A DNA stretch of 64,000 nucleotides from Octopus bimaculoides (Eukaryota): assembly GCF_001194135.2 (NCBI RefSeq), contig NC_068982.1, forward strand, positions 137,761,209 through 137,825,208, read 5' to 3'. The position numbers and the translations under genes were made by a program. The notes below the pieces were generated by a model. That model did not search any database, was not told the origin of the DNA, and saw only the letters and a program-made list of their open reading frames with translations. This document shows positions 24,734 to 36,230 of this stretch, in pieces (within the stretch, counting starts at the first letter, position 1; the number at the start of each line of letters is the position of its first letter).

Positions 24734-25389
24734 TATTTACAAGTGAGATGTAAATTTACTCTTTCATGTTGTAAAAGCAACAAAGCAATGGGTTAAGTTT
24801 ATTTGTGAAATACACTTGTTTTGAATTTGTAGCTGAAAGAGGTTTGTGTTTGCGGTGGTGAGTGTTGGGGAGAGACACTAGGAATGTGGTATGGGTGCCA
24901 AGGGGGTGGCAGTCTGAAAAAATTTGGGAACCACTGCTCTACACCATTATCGATCCTACCATCTTTAAAGATACTTTTGAAACTAGAAATTAAAATTTTG
25001 TTGCTTAAAACAACCCAAACTTAGATTACAGATCTGTTTCACAGTAAAATCCAAGTTTACAAAACCAGGAGCGTTAAATCCTGAGTGAAAAGATGACTGT
25101 CCTGCTACTTCTGTCTCATCTTGTCTCCAGAAGGAACCCAATAGTTACCCGTTATGCACTTTCACCAAATAATAGTCGAGGAGGGTGAATTCCTGTTGTC
25201 ATCCATGTCATTCTGTCTTCTTACCGGTGTCCAGAACTTCCATGATTTTTCACTTTTTGCAGCCCTCTGAAACATATAATTGATAGGATCGAAATAGTAT
25301 ATTAGTCGTAGCTATTTCTAGAAACTAAAGAAGTAAATGGCAAGAAGTGAATTGTGTGTGGTAGGAAATAAAATATTGATTCCTTTTGA

Positions 25390-25790
25390 ACTACTCTTTT
25401 ACTTGTTTCAGTCATTTGAGGGTGGCCATGCTGGAGCACCGCCTTTACTCGAGCAAATTGACCCCAGAACTTATTCTTTGTAAGCCTAGTACTTATTCTA
25501 TCGGTCACTTTTGCCGAACCGCTAAGTTACGGGGACGTAAACACACCAGCATTGGTTGTCAAGCGATGGTGGGGGAGCAAAGACAGACACACAAACACAC
25601 ATACATATATATACATATACATATATATGACGGGCTTCTGTCATGTTTCCGTCTACCAAATCCACTCACAAGGCTTTGGTCGGCCCGAGGCTATAGTAGA
25701 AGACACTTGCCCAAGGTGCCACGCAGTGGGACTGAACCCGGAAACAAGTGGTTGGTAAGCAAGTTACTTACCACACAGCCACTCCTACGC
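25390..25790 (-). mobile_element. tRNA-derived SINE family A
   Basis: Full-length reverse copy; others at 26240-26480(-), 26940-27340(+), 31680-32070(-), 46410-46830(+), 47080-47300(+), 51495-52015(+). Confidence 0.88.
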
Positions 25791-25918
25791 CTATAACTAG
25801 ACAATTTTCTGGACAAAAACATACTAAACTAAATCAATTCACATATCATGTATTTATGATTTCAAATGTTAATTAATATCTAAAGATTCATATTCGTTTC
25901 TGTAAATATTATTGTCAG

Positions 25919-25982
25919 GTCTTCCAGCTCTCATTACTCTGGCAGTTAACTTCACAAACAATTACATCAGAGTTGCACAAGT
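25919..25982 (+). CDS. Adhesion GPCR exon, TM4-ECL2: (G)LPALITLAVNFTNNYIRVAQ(V)
   Basis: Acceptor attgtcag|, donor GT|GTAAGT; completes 'WGLP' and is phase-compatible on both sides (1 and 2). Confidence 0.9.
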
Positions 25983-27976
25983 GTAAGTATTTCGCAGTTT
26001 CGTTTACCTCTTTTTTCTCTGATCTTCAAAATTAATATTTTTCTAGACTCATTTATATTTTGAAAAACTATAAAATAATGGATAAGCTACCATCACGCTA
26101 AAGTCATGACCTTCGCTGTTGATAGTGATCCTACTTCACTAACATTGTTAATGTATTTTTTTGTTTTTTTTGAGAAACATGGGTCTCAAAGATCACATTT
26201 GTCCCTCCTTTCCACTCAATAAGAAATCATAAATATCTCTTTTACTCTTTTACTTGTTTCAGTCATTTGACTGTGGTCATGCTGGAGCACCGCCTTTACA
26301 GTCGAGCAAATCGACCCCCAGGACTTATTCTTTGTAAGCCTAGTACTTTTTCTATCGGTCTCATTTGCCAAACCGCTAGGTTACAGGGACATAAACATAC
26401 CAGCATCGATTGTCAAGCGATGTGGTGAGGGGACAAACACAGACACACAGACATATATACACTCACATACATATGTATATACATATGTACAACTGGCTTC
26501 TTTCAGTTTCTTATTTCTTTATTGCCCACAAGGGGCTAAACACAGAGGGGACAAACAAGGACAGACAAAGGGATTAAGTCGATTAGATTGACCCCAGTGT
26601 GTAACTGGTACTTAATTTATCGACCCTGAAAGGATGAAAGGCAAAGTCGACCTCGGCGGAATTTGAACTCAGAACATAACGGCAGACGAAATACTGCAAA
26701 GCATTTCACCCGGCGTGCTAACGTTTCTGCCAGCTCGCCACCTTGTTTCAGTTTCTGTCTACACTCACAAGGCTTTGGACGGCCCGAGGCTATAGTAGAA
26801 GACACTTGCCCAAGGTGCCATGCAGTGGGACTGAACCTGGAACCATGTCTATTGACAGATAACTTCAAACATGAATACAATCAACATATAAGAATAAAAC
26901 AAAGCATCATACATTTTTCAACTTAATTATTTACATGGGCGTAGGAGTGGCTGTGTAGTAAGTAGCTTGCTTACCAACCACATGGTTCCGGGTTCAGTCA
27001 CACTGCGTGGCATCTTAGGCAAGTGTCTTCTACTATAGCCTCAGGCCGACCAAAGCCTCGTGAGTAGATTTGGAAGCCCGTCGTATATATGTATATATAT
27101 ATGTATGTGTGTGTATATGTTTGTGTGTGTGTCTGTGTTTGTCCCCCCAACATCGCTTGACAACTGATGGTGGTGTGTTTATGTCCCTGTAACTTAGCAG
27201 TTCGGCAAAAGGGAACGGTAGAATAAGTACTAGGCTTACGAAGAATAAGCTCTGGGGTCGATTTGCTCGACTATAAAGGCAGTGCTCCAGCATGGCCACA
27301 GTCAAAAGACTGAAACAAGTAAAAGAGTAAAAGAGTAAAGAGTACGATACAAAAGATTGCATTGATTACTAATTATTATTTTTCTTGTATTTTTACAATA
27401 ATATTAGGAATATTTGACACATAAGCTATTGAAATTTGTTACAACAAACAACTAGCTTCTCTTTTATCATTGCAAGTGTCAATGAGGAAACAGTCATATA
27501 ATTAGGTGACAGCCTCAAAGGCTGATAAGTTACTATTTCATCACTTCTGAGTATTCAAGGCTCTATAGTAATTATCATCATCATCATCATTTAACGTCCG
27601 TTTTCCACACTAGCATGGGTTGGACAATTTGACTGAGGTCTGGTGAACCAGAAGGCTGCACCAGGCTCCAATCTGATCTAGCAGAGTTTCTACAGTTGTA
27701 TGCCCTTCCTAACGCCAACCACTCCAAGAGTGTAGTGGGTGCTTTTACGTGCCACTAGCACAAGGGCCAGTCACACGGTACTGGCAACAGCCACACTCAA
27801 AATGGTGTTTTTTTACATGCCACCTGCACAGGAGCTAGTCCAGCGGCACTGGCAACAACCTTGCTCATGTATGTATGTATGTATGTATGTATGTATGTAT
27901 GTATGTATGTATGTGTGTGTGTGTATGTGTGTGTGTATGTATGCATGCATGTATGTATGTATGCATGTATGTATGT

Positions 27977-28490
27977 AATTGTGAGAGGGAGGCACAAGAC
28001 CGTGATGGATGGAAGAAGATAGTGCATGATGGTTGTTTAAGGTTTGAGAGGGAGAGAGTGAAGTATGAGAGAATTGAGAGGGGGCTTAGAAAGGGGAACC
28101 TGTGGAAAGTGAGAGTGTTGCTTTCTATATGTGTGGTTTGTGGGCGGAGGTGTTTGAGTCATGCAGGCCTGGTGAGCCATCAAAATTCTCATAGAAATCG
28201 ACCCATGATAAACAATGATGTGACTATTAAAATTCATAACAGAACGTGTATAAAATGTGGAAGGGTGTACCTCTCAGTTGGAGATCTAAAAAGACATTTT
28301 AAGGGAGTGCATATGGTGGCACCTGTTTCTCCTGCCAGCCAGCACAGTTGTCTAGTATATAATAAAATGTATAAAAGCTTGGCCGGGCTTAAAAGTCATA
28401 TAAGGGCATCACATGGAAACAATCAGGAATCATTTCAGTAAGTCTTCTTGGCAATGGCTTTTCTTGTGTAACGAGGATGCAAGTGTGACA
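27977..28490 (+). mobile_element. RTE-clade LINE 3' fragment with three C2H2-like motifs, flanked by (TATG)n
   Basis: EREAQDRDGWKKIVHDGCLRFERER...CVVCGRRCLSHAGLVSHQNSH...CIKCGRVYLSVGDLKRHFKGVH...CLVYNKMYKSLAGLKSHIRASH. Confidence 0.75.
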
Positions 28491-28517
28491 TGTATGTATG
28501 TATGTATGTATGTATGT

Positions 28518-29360
28518 CTCTTCTGTATTTAATCATTTAAATTATTCCTCTGAAGAAGGAGCTGGTTTCTAACAAAGATACAAAGCACCATATTTAGCAT
28601 GTAGATAACAAAAGCAATATCGCATTTTAAACCTAAGAAAAGTCTTGCATAATTTTACTGTTCCACTTACAGATTGTATTTGTAATGTGTGAATCAGATA
28701 GTTGATTTCTTTTACTGAAAATCCATGCTTATCCAGACAAACAGTTAGGCATTTACTTACAAATCCAAATGCTTCAATTATTATTGGTATAAATGTGAAT
28801 TTGTGATCCGGATATAAAAGCTGGAGGTTTTGAAGCAGTTGTCCATAGTTATCTTCTTTAATTTTGATTTTCAAGGAGATATTCTCATCAGCAGGACAGC
28901 TAACCTCTTGACTGTACATATTTTCTCTAGGCTCTCCCAAACAATATCTGGCCTGCTATATTTACAGTTGATAGATGTTTTGATGGGAATTTTCCACCAG
29001 TATTCTTTGCAATGGTATTTGTGTATGTATTCAATAACAGGGGGATTCTCTATATTTATTCCAGGACAGTCCTTTTCCAAATGGCATTTTATATTGTTTT
29101 TGAGTCAATGTCATGTCCCATAAGGAAGTAGTACCTTGATGACAATTTTGGGCAGCTGCTAATCATATGTGTGATGCCTTCCACAGAAATGTGACATGAT
29201 CTATATTCACAGTTGCATCATGGAACTCCAAGGGTTTCACTGTCTCTTTTGTTGATTAGGTATTTAACGATTGCAAATGCATAGCCATCAAAGTGGGATG
29301 TAATGTGACAATTATGAGTCCAAGAGAAGCTTCACATCATGTCAATGTTACCATCTTCTT
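28518..29360 (-). mobile_element. RLE-type (R4/Dong-like) non-LTR retrotransposon 3' fragment: CCHC knuckle, PD-(D/E)xK endonuclease, (CATA)n tail
   Basis: ITHMISSCPKLSSRYY; RPDIVW; EVSCPADENI; FIPIIIEAFG...GTVKLCKTFLRF; frameshifted. Confidence 0.85.
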
Positions 29361-29620
29361 TTTTTGTTTGTATGTATGTATGTATGTATGTATGTATGTG
29401 TGTATGTATGTATTCATGTATTCATGTATGTGTGTGTGTATGTATTTCCCTTGTGAAATAATTGATAGATGTCTTAGATAACAATGTACAACCAGTAATG
29501 AAATGTCTTCTTTCATTTTGGATGAAAATCACATCCCCATAATGCCTCTTTGATTTATCAGTTTATTAAGTGAATATTTGGTAAGTTTCCTTTCTTAATT
29601 GATTTTCTATTTCTTTGTAG

Positions 29621-29997
29621 CTGTTGGTTATCCAAGACAACTTTTTACATTACTTTCCTGACACCTGTGGTGATAGTGTGCATCTTCCATATTATCTTCA
29701 GTTTTCTTATACAGAAAATTATGCGAAGACACACCATACAAGAACAGAAAAGAACAGCTTTTCTTAGCTTCATTTGTGTGTTTTTCCTATTGTTCCTGCT
29801 CAGATTCTCATGGTTATTAACATTCTTAGCTTTTGATGAAGCAGCCGAAGTGTTCGACAAGCTCTTCAGTATATTCAACCTCTTACAAAGTCTCCTTATC
29901 TTCTTATTTTACTGTATAAACGAGAAATATATCAGACATCTCATCTGCAAGTGTGCATGGAATCAAGAGGAAGAGAAAACTATGAACAGCAGCCAAA
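29621..29997 (+). CDS. Adhesion GPCR exon, ECL2 (CWL) to TM5-TM7 and helix 8; reads to TGA at 30003-30005 if the donor at 29998 is not used
   Basis: Acceptor ttctttgtag|C TGT TGG TTA (VCWLS); three hydrophobic segments ending 'FSIFNLLQSLLIFLFYCINEKYIR'; perfect donor CAAA|GTAAGT at 29998, phase 1. Confidence 0.92.
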
Positions 29998-30173
29998 GTA
30001 AGTGAAATTAAGTACTTTTTTCATTCTTACCACCACCAAAATCATCATGACACCAAAATTATCATGATGAGGATAATCACAAACATCACATCTAGCGACA
30101 CAACCAGTATCGACACCACCTTAGGGTAGACATCATCATAAATACCAACTCTACTGTGTGTGCATGTGTGCGC

Positions 30174-30211
<38 letters not shown>

Positions 30212-30288
30212 ATATGTATGTGGGTGGGTGTAAAATATACATACACTCATACTTTGAGTTCTATTTCTCCTGTTTGCACCAACATACC

Positions 30289-30320
<32 letters not shown>

Positions 30321-30879
30321 TAATATGTAATTATATGCATATATCCATACATATATGTACATACCTACATCTATATGTATACATACATGCATATATGGGT
30401 ACAGGACATTAAAAAAAACGTTAAACACAATGAGAAACGAGACANNNNNNNNNNNNNNNNNNNNNNNNNNNNNNNNNNNNNNNNNNNNNNNNNNNNNNNN
30501 NNNNNNNNNNNNNNNNNNNNNNNNNNNNNNNNNNNNNNNNNNNNNNNNNNNNNNNNNNNNNNNNNNNNNNNNNNNNNNNNNNNNNNNNNNNNNNNNNNNN
30601 NNNNNNNNNNNNNNNNNNNNNNNNNNNNNNNNNNNNNNNNNNNNNNNNNNNNNNNNNNNNNNNNNNNNNNNNNNNNNNNNNNNNNNNNNNNNNNNNNNNN
30701 NNNNNNNNNNNNNNNNNNNNNNNNNNNNNNNNNNNTATATATATATATAGCAAGATTAAAAGAAGATAGAGATATACAATTAACATATTTTAAATTTGAT
30801 TTATTAAGATTATAATATAATTATGCTATAATATAAAATAAAAAAATAAGAATACAAAAGCAAATATTAGTCCTTCAAG

Positions 30880-31660
30880 TTGTTTTGATTCATACCCAAT
30901 AATGAATTTATGGAAACATTCATATTTATGGGTATGAATCTCATCAGGGCAATATTTGCCAAAAAGAAGCAGACATCTAAGGATTGCTAAATCATAGAAT
31001 TGTGTTTCTCCAAAATGGATAAACATAAAATCTCATTGAATTCATGAAGATTCTTGTAAAGAAAACAATAAGTCAAGGGGCTCTTGGATGACATCTTTTG
31101 AGTGGTTATCTCCCCTGGATTTGACTTTTGGGCAAACAGTTATGTCGGATGGTAAATTGTTTGCATTACATTGTATTATATACTGTGTGTATGTGATGTT
31201 CATATGCTTGTGTGCTGAGGTAGTTCGTCATGGAGAAATATTTCTTCTGTGTGTGGAGTTCATGTGTTATGTATATTCAAATTTCACTTTCAGGAAAGGA
31301 GCTATCCTTGTGGGATTAGCAGCACAGGTGGTGGTTCCTTTTTGAAGTGTTTAAGTGTGAAATATTGCTTGTGTATGCAGGGAGAGAACATTTCATCCCT
31401 AATATTTAGGATATTATCTATTGGCTGTATTATATTTAATTTTTCAGCGATATGTCTTTGTATGAAGCTTCTTCATTTGGTTTACTGTAGGGTTCGAATT
31501 TGCCTGTGCTAAGGTTCATGTTAATATTTAGAAAATTGACTTCTTTAAGGTTGGTACAAATTGTGGTTCTCAGACCTAGTTGGCTAAATACTTTGTATAA
31601 TTTTGTCCTTACTCTATGCATATTATGTCCGTTTTGATTGTGTACCACTCCCAGGCAACC
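30880..31660 (-). mobile_element. Penelope-like element RT C-terminal fragment, degenerate
   Basis: KVFSQLGLRTTICTNLKEVNFLNINMNLSTGKFEPYSKPN resembles the PLE 'N.K.VNFLDVT.NL..G.Y.PY.KPN' motif. Confidence 0.65.
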
Positions 31661-32469
31661 TTCCCTATATAAAGCTATACTCTTTTACTTGTTTCAGTCA
31701 TTTGACTGTGGCCATGCTGGAGCACCGCCATTAGTCGAGCTAATCGACCCCAGGACTTATTCTTTCTAAGCCTAGTACTTATTCTATTGATCTCTTTTAC
31801 TGAACTGCTAAGTTACGGGGACGTAAACACACCAAGTGATGTTGGGGGGGGGGGCGACAAACACAAACACATACACACGCATACATATATATATATACAT
31901 ATATACGATGGGCTGCTTTCAGTGTCTGTCCACCAAATCCATTCACAAGGCTTTGGTCGGCCTGAGGCTATAGTAGAAGACACTTGCCCAAGGTGCCTTG
32001 CAGTGGGACTGAACCCGGAACCATGTGGTCCATAAGCAAGCTACTTACCACGCAGCCACTCGTACGCCTATGTATGTTAGCTTTTTTTTTTTTTTCTTTT
32101 CTAAAGATATCTAAAATATAGAGATCTACAAGATCAGCTATTTCTATGCTCTCATAGCTCCCCATTGCCACATGAAATAATTCATCCCCCTTCTTCTTTA
32201 CCCAATAAGAATTATCATAAAAACGTCATGGCTTCCTTGCCTTCATAATTATATTTATATCAGTGTTTGTTATGATAACGTAAGCCTTACTAAATTTACG
32301 TGCCTTCTGAAGCAAGCTTTTGGAGACTGAGATGTAAAACTCTATATCAAATTGTATAAATTTGTATTTGAGTTTACCTTCTATTTTCTTAAAGTGTTCA
32401 ATAGTGTGTGTGTGTGTGTGTGTGTGAATGTATGCATGTATACATGCAGATTTGTATGTTTTGTTTTAT

Positions 32470-32690
32470 ATATGTATTCTCATGCATATACTTTCACATC
32501 TAGACATGCTCATATAAATTAAAATAATAAACCTCTGGAAAGTTTTACAGATTTTTACACTTCCAGTGATGGATTGGATCTATAGTCTTCGAATCAGTTT
32601 TCTCCTTTCTGGTTTTGAGAAGCCTAATTTCTCAAGATTGGTATTTAGGGGTAGTGTGTTACATATCCTAGTGCCCCAATAATTACAGAT
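32470..32690 (-). mobile_element. 3' fragment of RLE-type LINE (same family as 10810-11010)
   Basis: Reverse complement matches 'aaataccaatcttgagaaattaggcttctcaaaaccagaa...gatccaatccatcactggaa'. Confidence 0.75.
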
Positions 32691-32697
32691 ATAAACA

Positions 32698-32754
<57 letters not shown>

Positions 32755-34245
32755 AAGCAAGTACAAATGTGTATCTCTATGTGCATATATGTATGTGAGG
32801 TCGATGAAAACGATTTACCCACTGCCCCGAAATTGTTGGTTTTGTGCCCAAATTTGAAACCAATATTACTGAAATCTCATAAAGTATCTACTGAGGTTAG
32901 CACAGTTGGTAATATGGATAAATTAGAATACAATAGAGTTAATAATAGGGCAAAAAAAGAGAAATATGTTATTATGTTGGTGTAAACAGGTGAGTTAATG
33001 ACAATATTTCTGTTTTGTTTTACAGGTGAGTTCATAACAATATTTTTGTTTTACATCTTTACTAGGTTTACTGATAGGTTATTAATATTATTGGTTTTTA
33101 GCCAGATATCTGTCATAATCTGGCAGACTTATGATAAAAAGTGTTCCAAGTGTGACCATCCTGTCTTTTTCACTTATTGTAAATCAGTAAATACATTAAA
33201 CATATCTTCATATCAAAGTATCAAACTTTGGTTTGCTACTAAGATAACCATTCTCTTTCTGTCTTCAAGATTAGATACAGGCTGCAAGATACAAAATAAT
33301 AAATACGAAATAACAAATGATAGTGTCATTATCTTTCATCATCTTCTTCCATGCTTCAATCGATTACCATGAGTCATCAATGTCCAAGTCAGTTCTTATT
33401 CAGAGTTAACATCCACTTTGACTGTTTGAGGTACACATCTCACTTAAATACTTTGGATTTTCTATGACAAGATACCCTTCTTAACACCAGCCACTTTATA
33501 AAGGATCTTGGGTACGTTTTATTGCAACACAGGCATTAATAAGATTGTCATCATCATTACTATTTAACGTCCATTGTCCATGCTAGGATGGGTTGGACAG
33601 TTTGACCAGAGCTGGCAAGCTGAGGGGCTGTACCAGACTCCAAGGTCCACAATTAGATTGAAGGTTCCACTGAAAATTACAGTGTCTCCTCTCATTCACC
33701 AGTCACTTCCAAGTGTGTACTGGGGCCATTTTCTCATAGTGCAAGCACTGGTCAGGTTGTCTTGCATCTCATATTATTATACAATTCTCATTGCTCTTTG
33801 ATGTGTTTTTACAATCATGTTGAGAAAGTGAGAAGTTTAAGTGATAACGGAAGAATAATGAGGATGCAGGGACTGAAAGTTACAAGAAAATGAGGATAAG
33901 AACAATGACTTGAAAGCGAGGTGGAGAATGACATGACTGAATGGTTGAAGCTAAGATACAATTATTTATGAGATGGTTAATGATTTACTAACATCTTGAG
34001 AATCCAATAATCAAAGACAGTGTTACTTACTACTAGAACATTAGTGTTGGCTTTGGTAAAGTATGAGGCTCAATCACAAAATCTCAACAAGCATTAGAAA
34101 GTCTAACTGTCAAATCATTTGGTCAGTGTTGCTGTGAATGTTCGTAATTGGTAAAAGTGTAGATTAATAATTATAGCTTTGTGTGTGGATGTGAATGTTG
34201 GTAAATTTTACTATAAATTATAACACTTGAAATTATGAATTTCAG

Positions 34246-34512
34246 ACTTACAAATGCAGGGACAACCAAGGATATCGAAGCAAAGTACATCACCGCAAAG
34301 TACATCACAGCAAAGTACATCACCGCAAAGTACATCATCGCAAAGTACATCATCGCAAAGTACATCACAGCAAAGTACATCACAGCAAAGTACATCACAG
34401 CAAAGTACATTACAGCAAAGTATATCACTGCAAAGTACATCACTGCAAAGTACATCACAGCAAAGTACATCACAGCAAAGTACATCACAGCAAAGAACAC
34501 CTCAGCCAGTTG
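34246..34512 (+). CDS. Putative cytoplasmic-tail exon, Ser/Thr/Gln-rich: LQMQGQPRISK(QSTSQ-like)x14 QRTPQPV
   Basis: Acceptor tgaatttcag|, donor GTTG|GTGAGT; 267 nt symmetric phase 1-1 exon, open in the frame that links 29997 to 37989. Confidence 0.65.
34280..34504 (+). repeat. 15-bp coding minisatellite GCAAAGTACATCACA, 14 copies plus one degenerate copy
   Basis: Units start at 34280 and recur every 15 nt to 34490; variation concentrates in the last 3 nt. Confidence 0.97.
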
Positions 34513-35071
34513 GTGAGTATAAAAGTGAAGTACCAAATTGATTTCTATAAGTCTTCCCTTCAGCACTAGCACTGGTCAGGTTTTCTTGCATCTCATAAAA
34601 TTAGACAGTTCTTACTGCTCTTAAGATGTGTTTTTTCATTCAAGGTAACATGTTGAGAAGTGATGACAGAAGAATAATGAGGATGCAGGGACTGAAAGTT
34701 GTGAGAAAATGAGGATAAGAACAATGACTTGAAAGCGAGGTGGAGAATGACAAGACTGAGTGATTGTCAGTTGTAAGCCAACAGAGATGATTAATGATGT
34801 ATTAACATCTTGGGAAACTGATAATTAAAGTCAAAAGTACTTATAAGAACATCATTCTCAGCTTTCTAATGTAGGAGATTCAATAACAAATCTCAACTGA
34901 AAATGTTTTTAACTGGTTAAAATTGTTAAAGATAATTTCATTTGTTTACAAAATCATTCTCCTGAAGTTCTTGATTTATCATCTTATGAAGATGTCAGAT
35001 GTTCGGTATGAGATATCATCTCTCGTTGGAGTATCTTCTCAGAAGGTCTCAGGTTAGAATATATATTATAG

Positions 35072-35107
<36 letters not shown>

Positions 35108-35397
35108 ACTGAGAATGCATGTGTGTGTGCATGTAAATGTGTGTCTGTTTGTGTGTGTGCATCACTAAAACTCAGGAACTACTCAAACGATTTCATTCAA
35201 ATTTTACACACGCCCTATTTAAGGTCCATGCAGTGTCATGGGCCAAAAAGATTTTCAACTTCTTGCCTAATGTGAGCCTGGAGCAATCTCTTATCTCTTA
35301 CACTATTTCGGTATTACCTGTCAAAAGTGAAACAATAAAATCGCTATTGTAATGTGAGAGAATACTTTCACTGTGATATATTTTTGTATGTATATGT

Positions 35398-36230
35398 ATC
35401 ATCATCATCATCATCGTCGTCATTTAACGTCCGCTTTCCATACTAGCATGGGTTGGACGATTTGACTGAGGACTGGTGAAACCAGATGGCTACACCAGGC
35501 TCCAATCTGATTTGGCAGAGTTTCTACAGCTGGATGCCCTTCCTAACGCTAACCACTCTGAGAGTGTAGTAGGTGCTTTTACATGCCACCGGCACGAAGG
35601 CCAGTCAGGTGGTACCAGCAACGGCCACGCTCAAAATGGTGTATTTTACGTGCCACCTGCACAGGAGCCAGTTCGGCGGCACTGCCAATGATCTCGCTCG
35701 AATGTCTTTACACGTGCCATNNNNNNNNNNNNNNNNNNNNNNNNNNNNNNNNNNNNNNNNNNNNNNNNNNNNNNNNNNNNNNNNNNNNNNNNNNNNNNNN
35801 NNNNNNNNNNNNNNNNNNNNNNNNNNNNNNNNNNNNNNNNNNNNNNNNNNNNNNNNNNNNNNNNNNNNNNNNNNNNNNNNNNNNNNNNNNNNNNNCAATG
35901 AAGGAGACGATGTTGGCATGGGTGCCAGTCGTCGAATTTAGTTCGATTTCGATTTCACTTTCCTCAACAGGTCTTCGCAAGTGGAGTTTAGTGTCCAATG
36001 AAGGAAGGTACGTATGAGTGGGCTGCCTGAGGCCTTGGATTTAGGTCTCACTTGGCTTGTCTGGTCTTCTCACGCACAGCATATTTCCAAAGGTCTCGGT
36101 CAGAAGTCATCGCCTCGGTGAGGCCCAATGTTCGAAGGTCATGCCTCACCACCTCATCCCAGGTCTTCCTGGGCCTACCTCTTCCACAGGTTCCCTCCAA
36201 TGCTAGGGTGTGGCACTTTTTCACACAGCT
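35398..36230 (-). mobile_element. 5'-truncated RTE LINE (ORF end plus 3'UTR), contains a gap
   Basis: LEGTCGRGRPRKTWDEVVRHDLRTLGLTEAMTSDRDLWKYAVREKTRQAK* then family C UTR. Confidence 0.88.

Noticed and set aside
34171-34572. Minus-strand (AVMYF)n membrane-like protein
   Set aside because: Antisense reading of the 15-bp repeat; no splice or start context on the minus strand.
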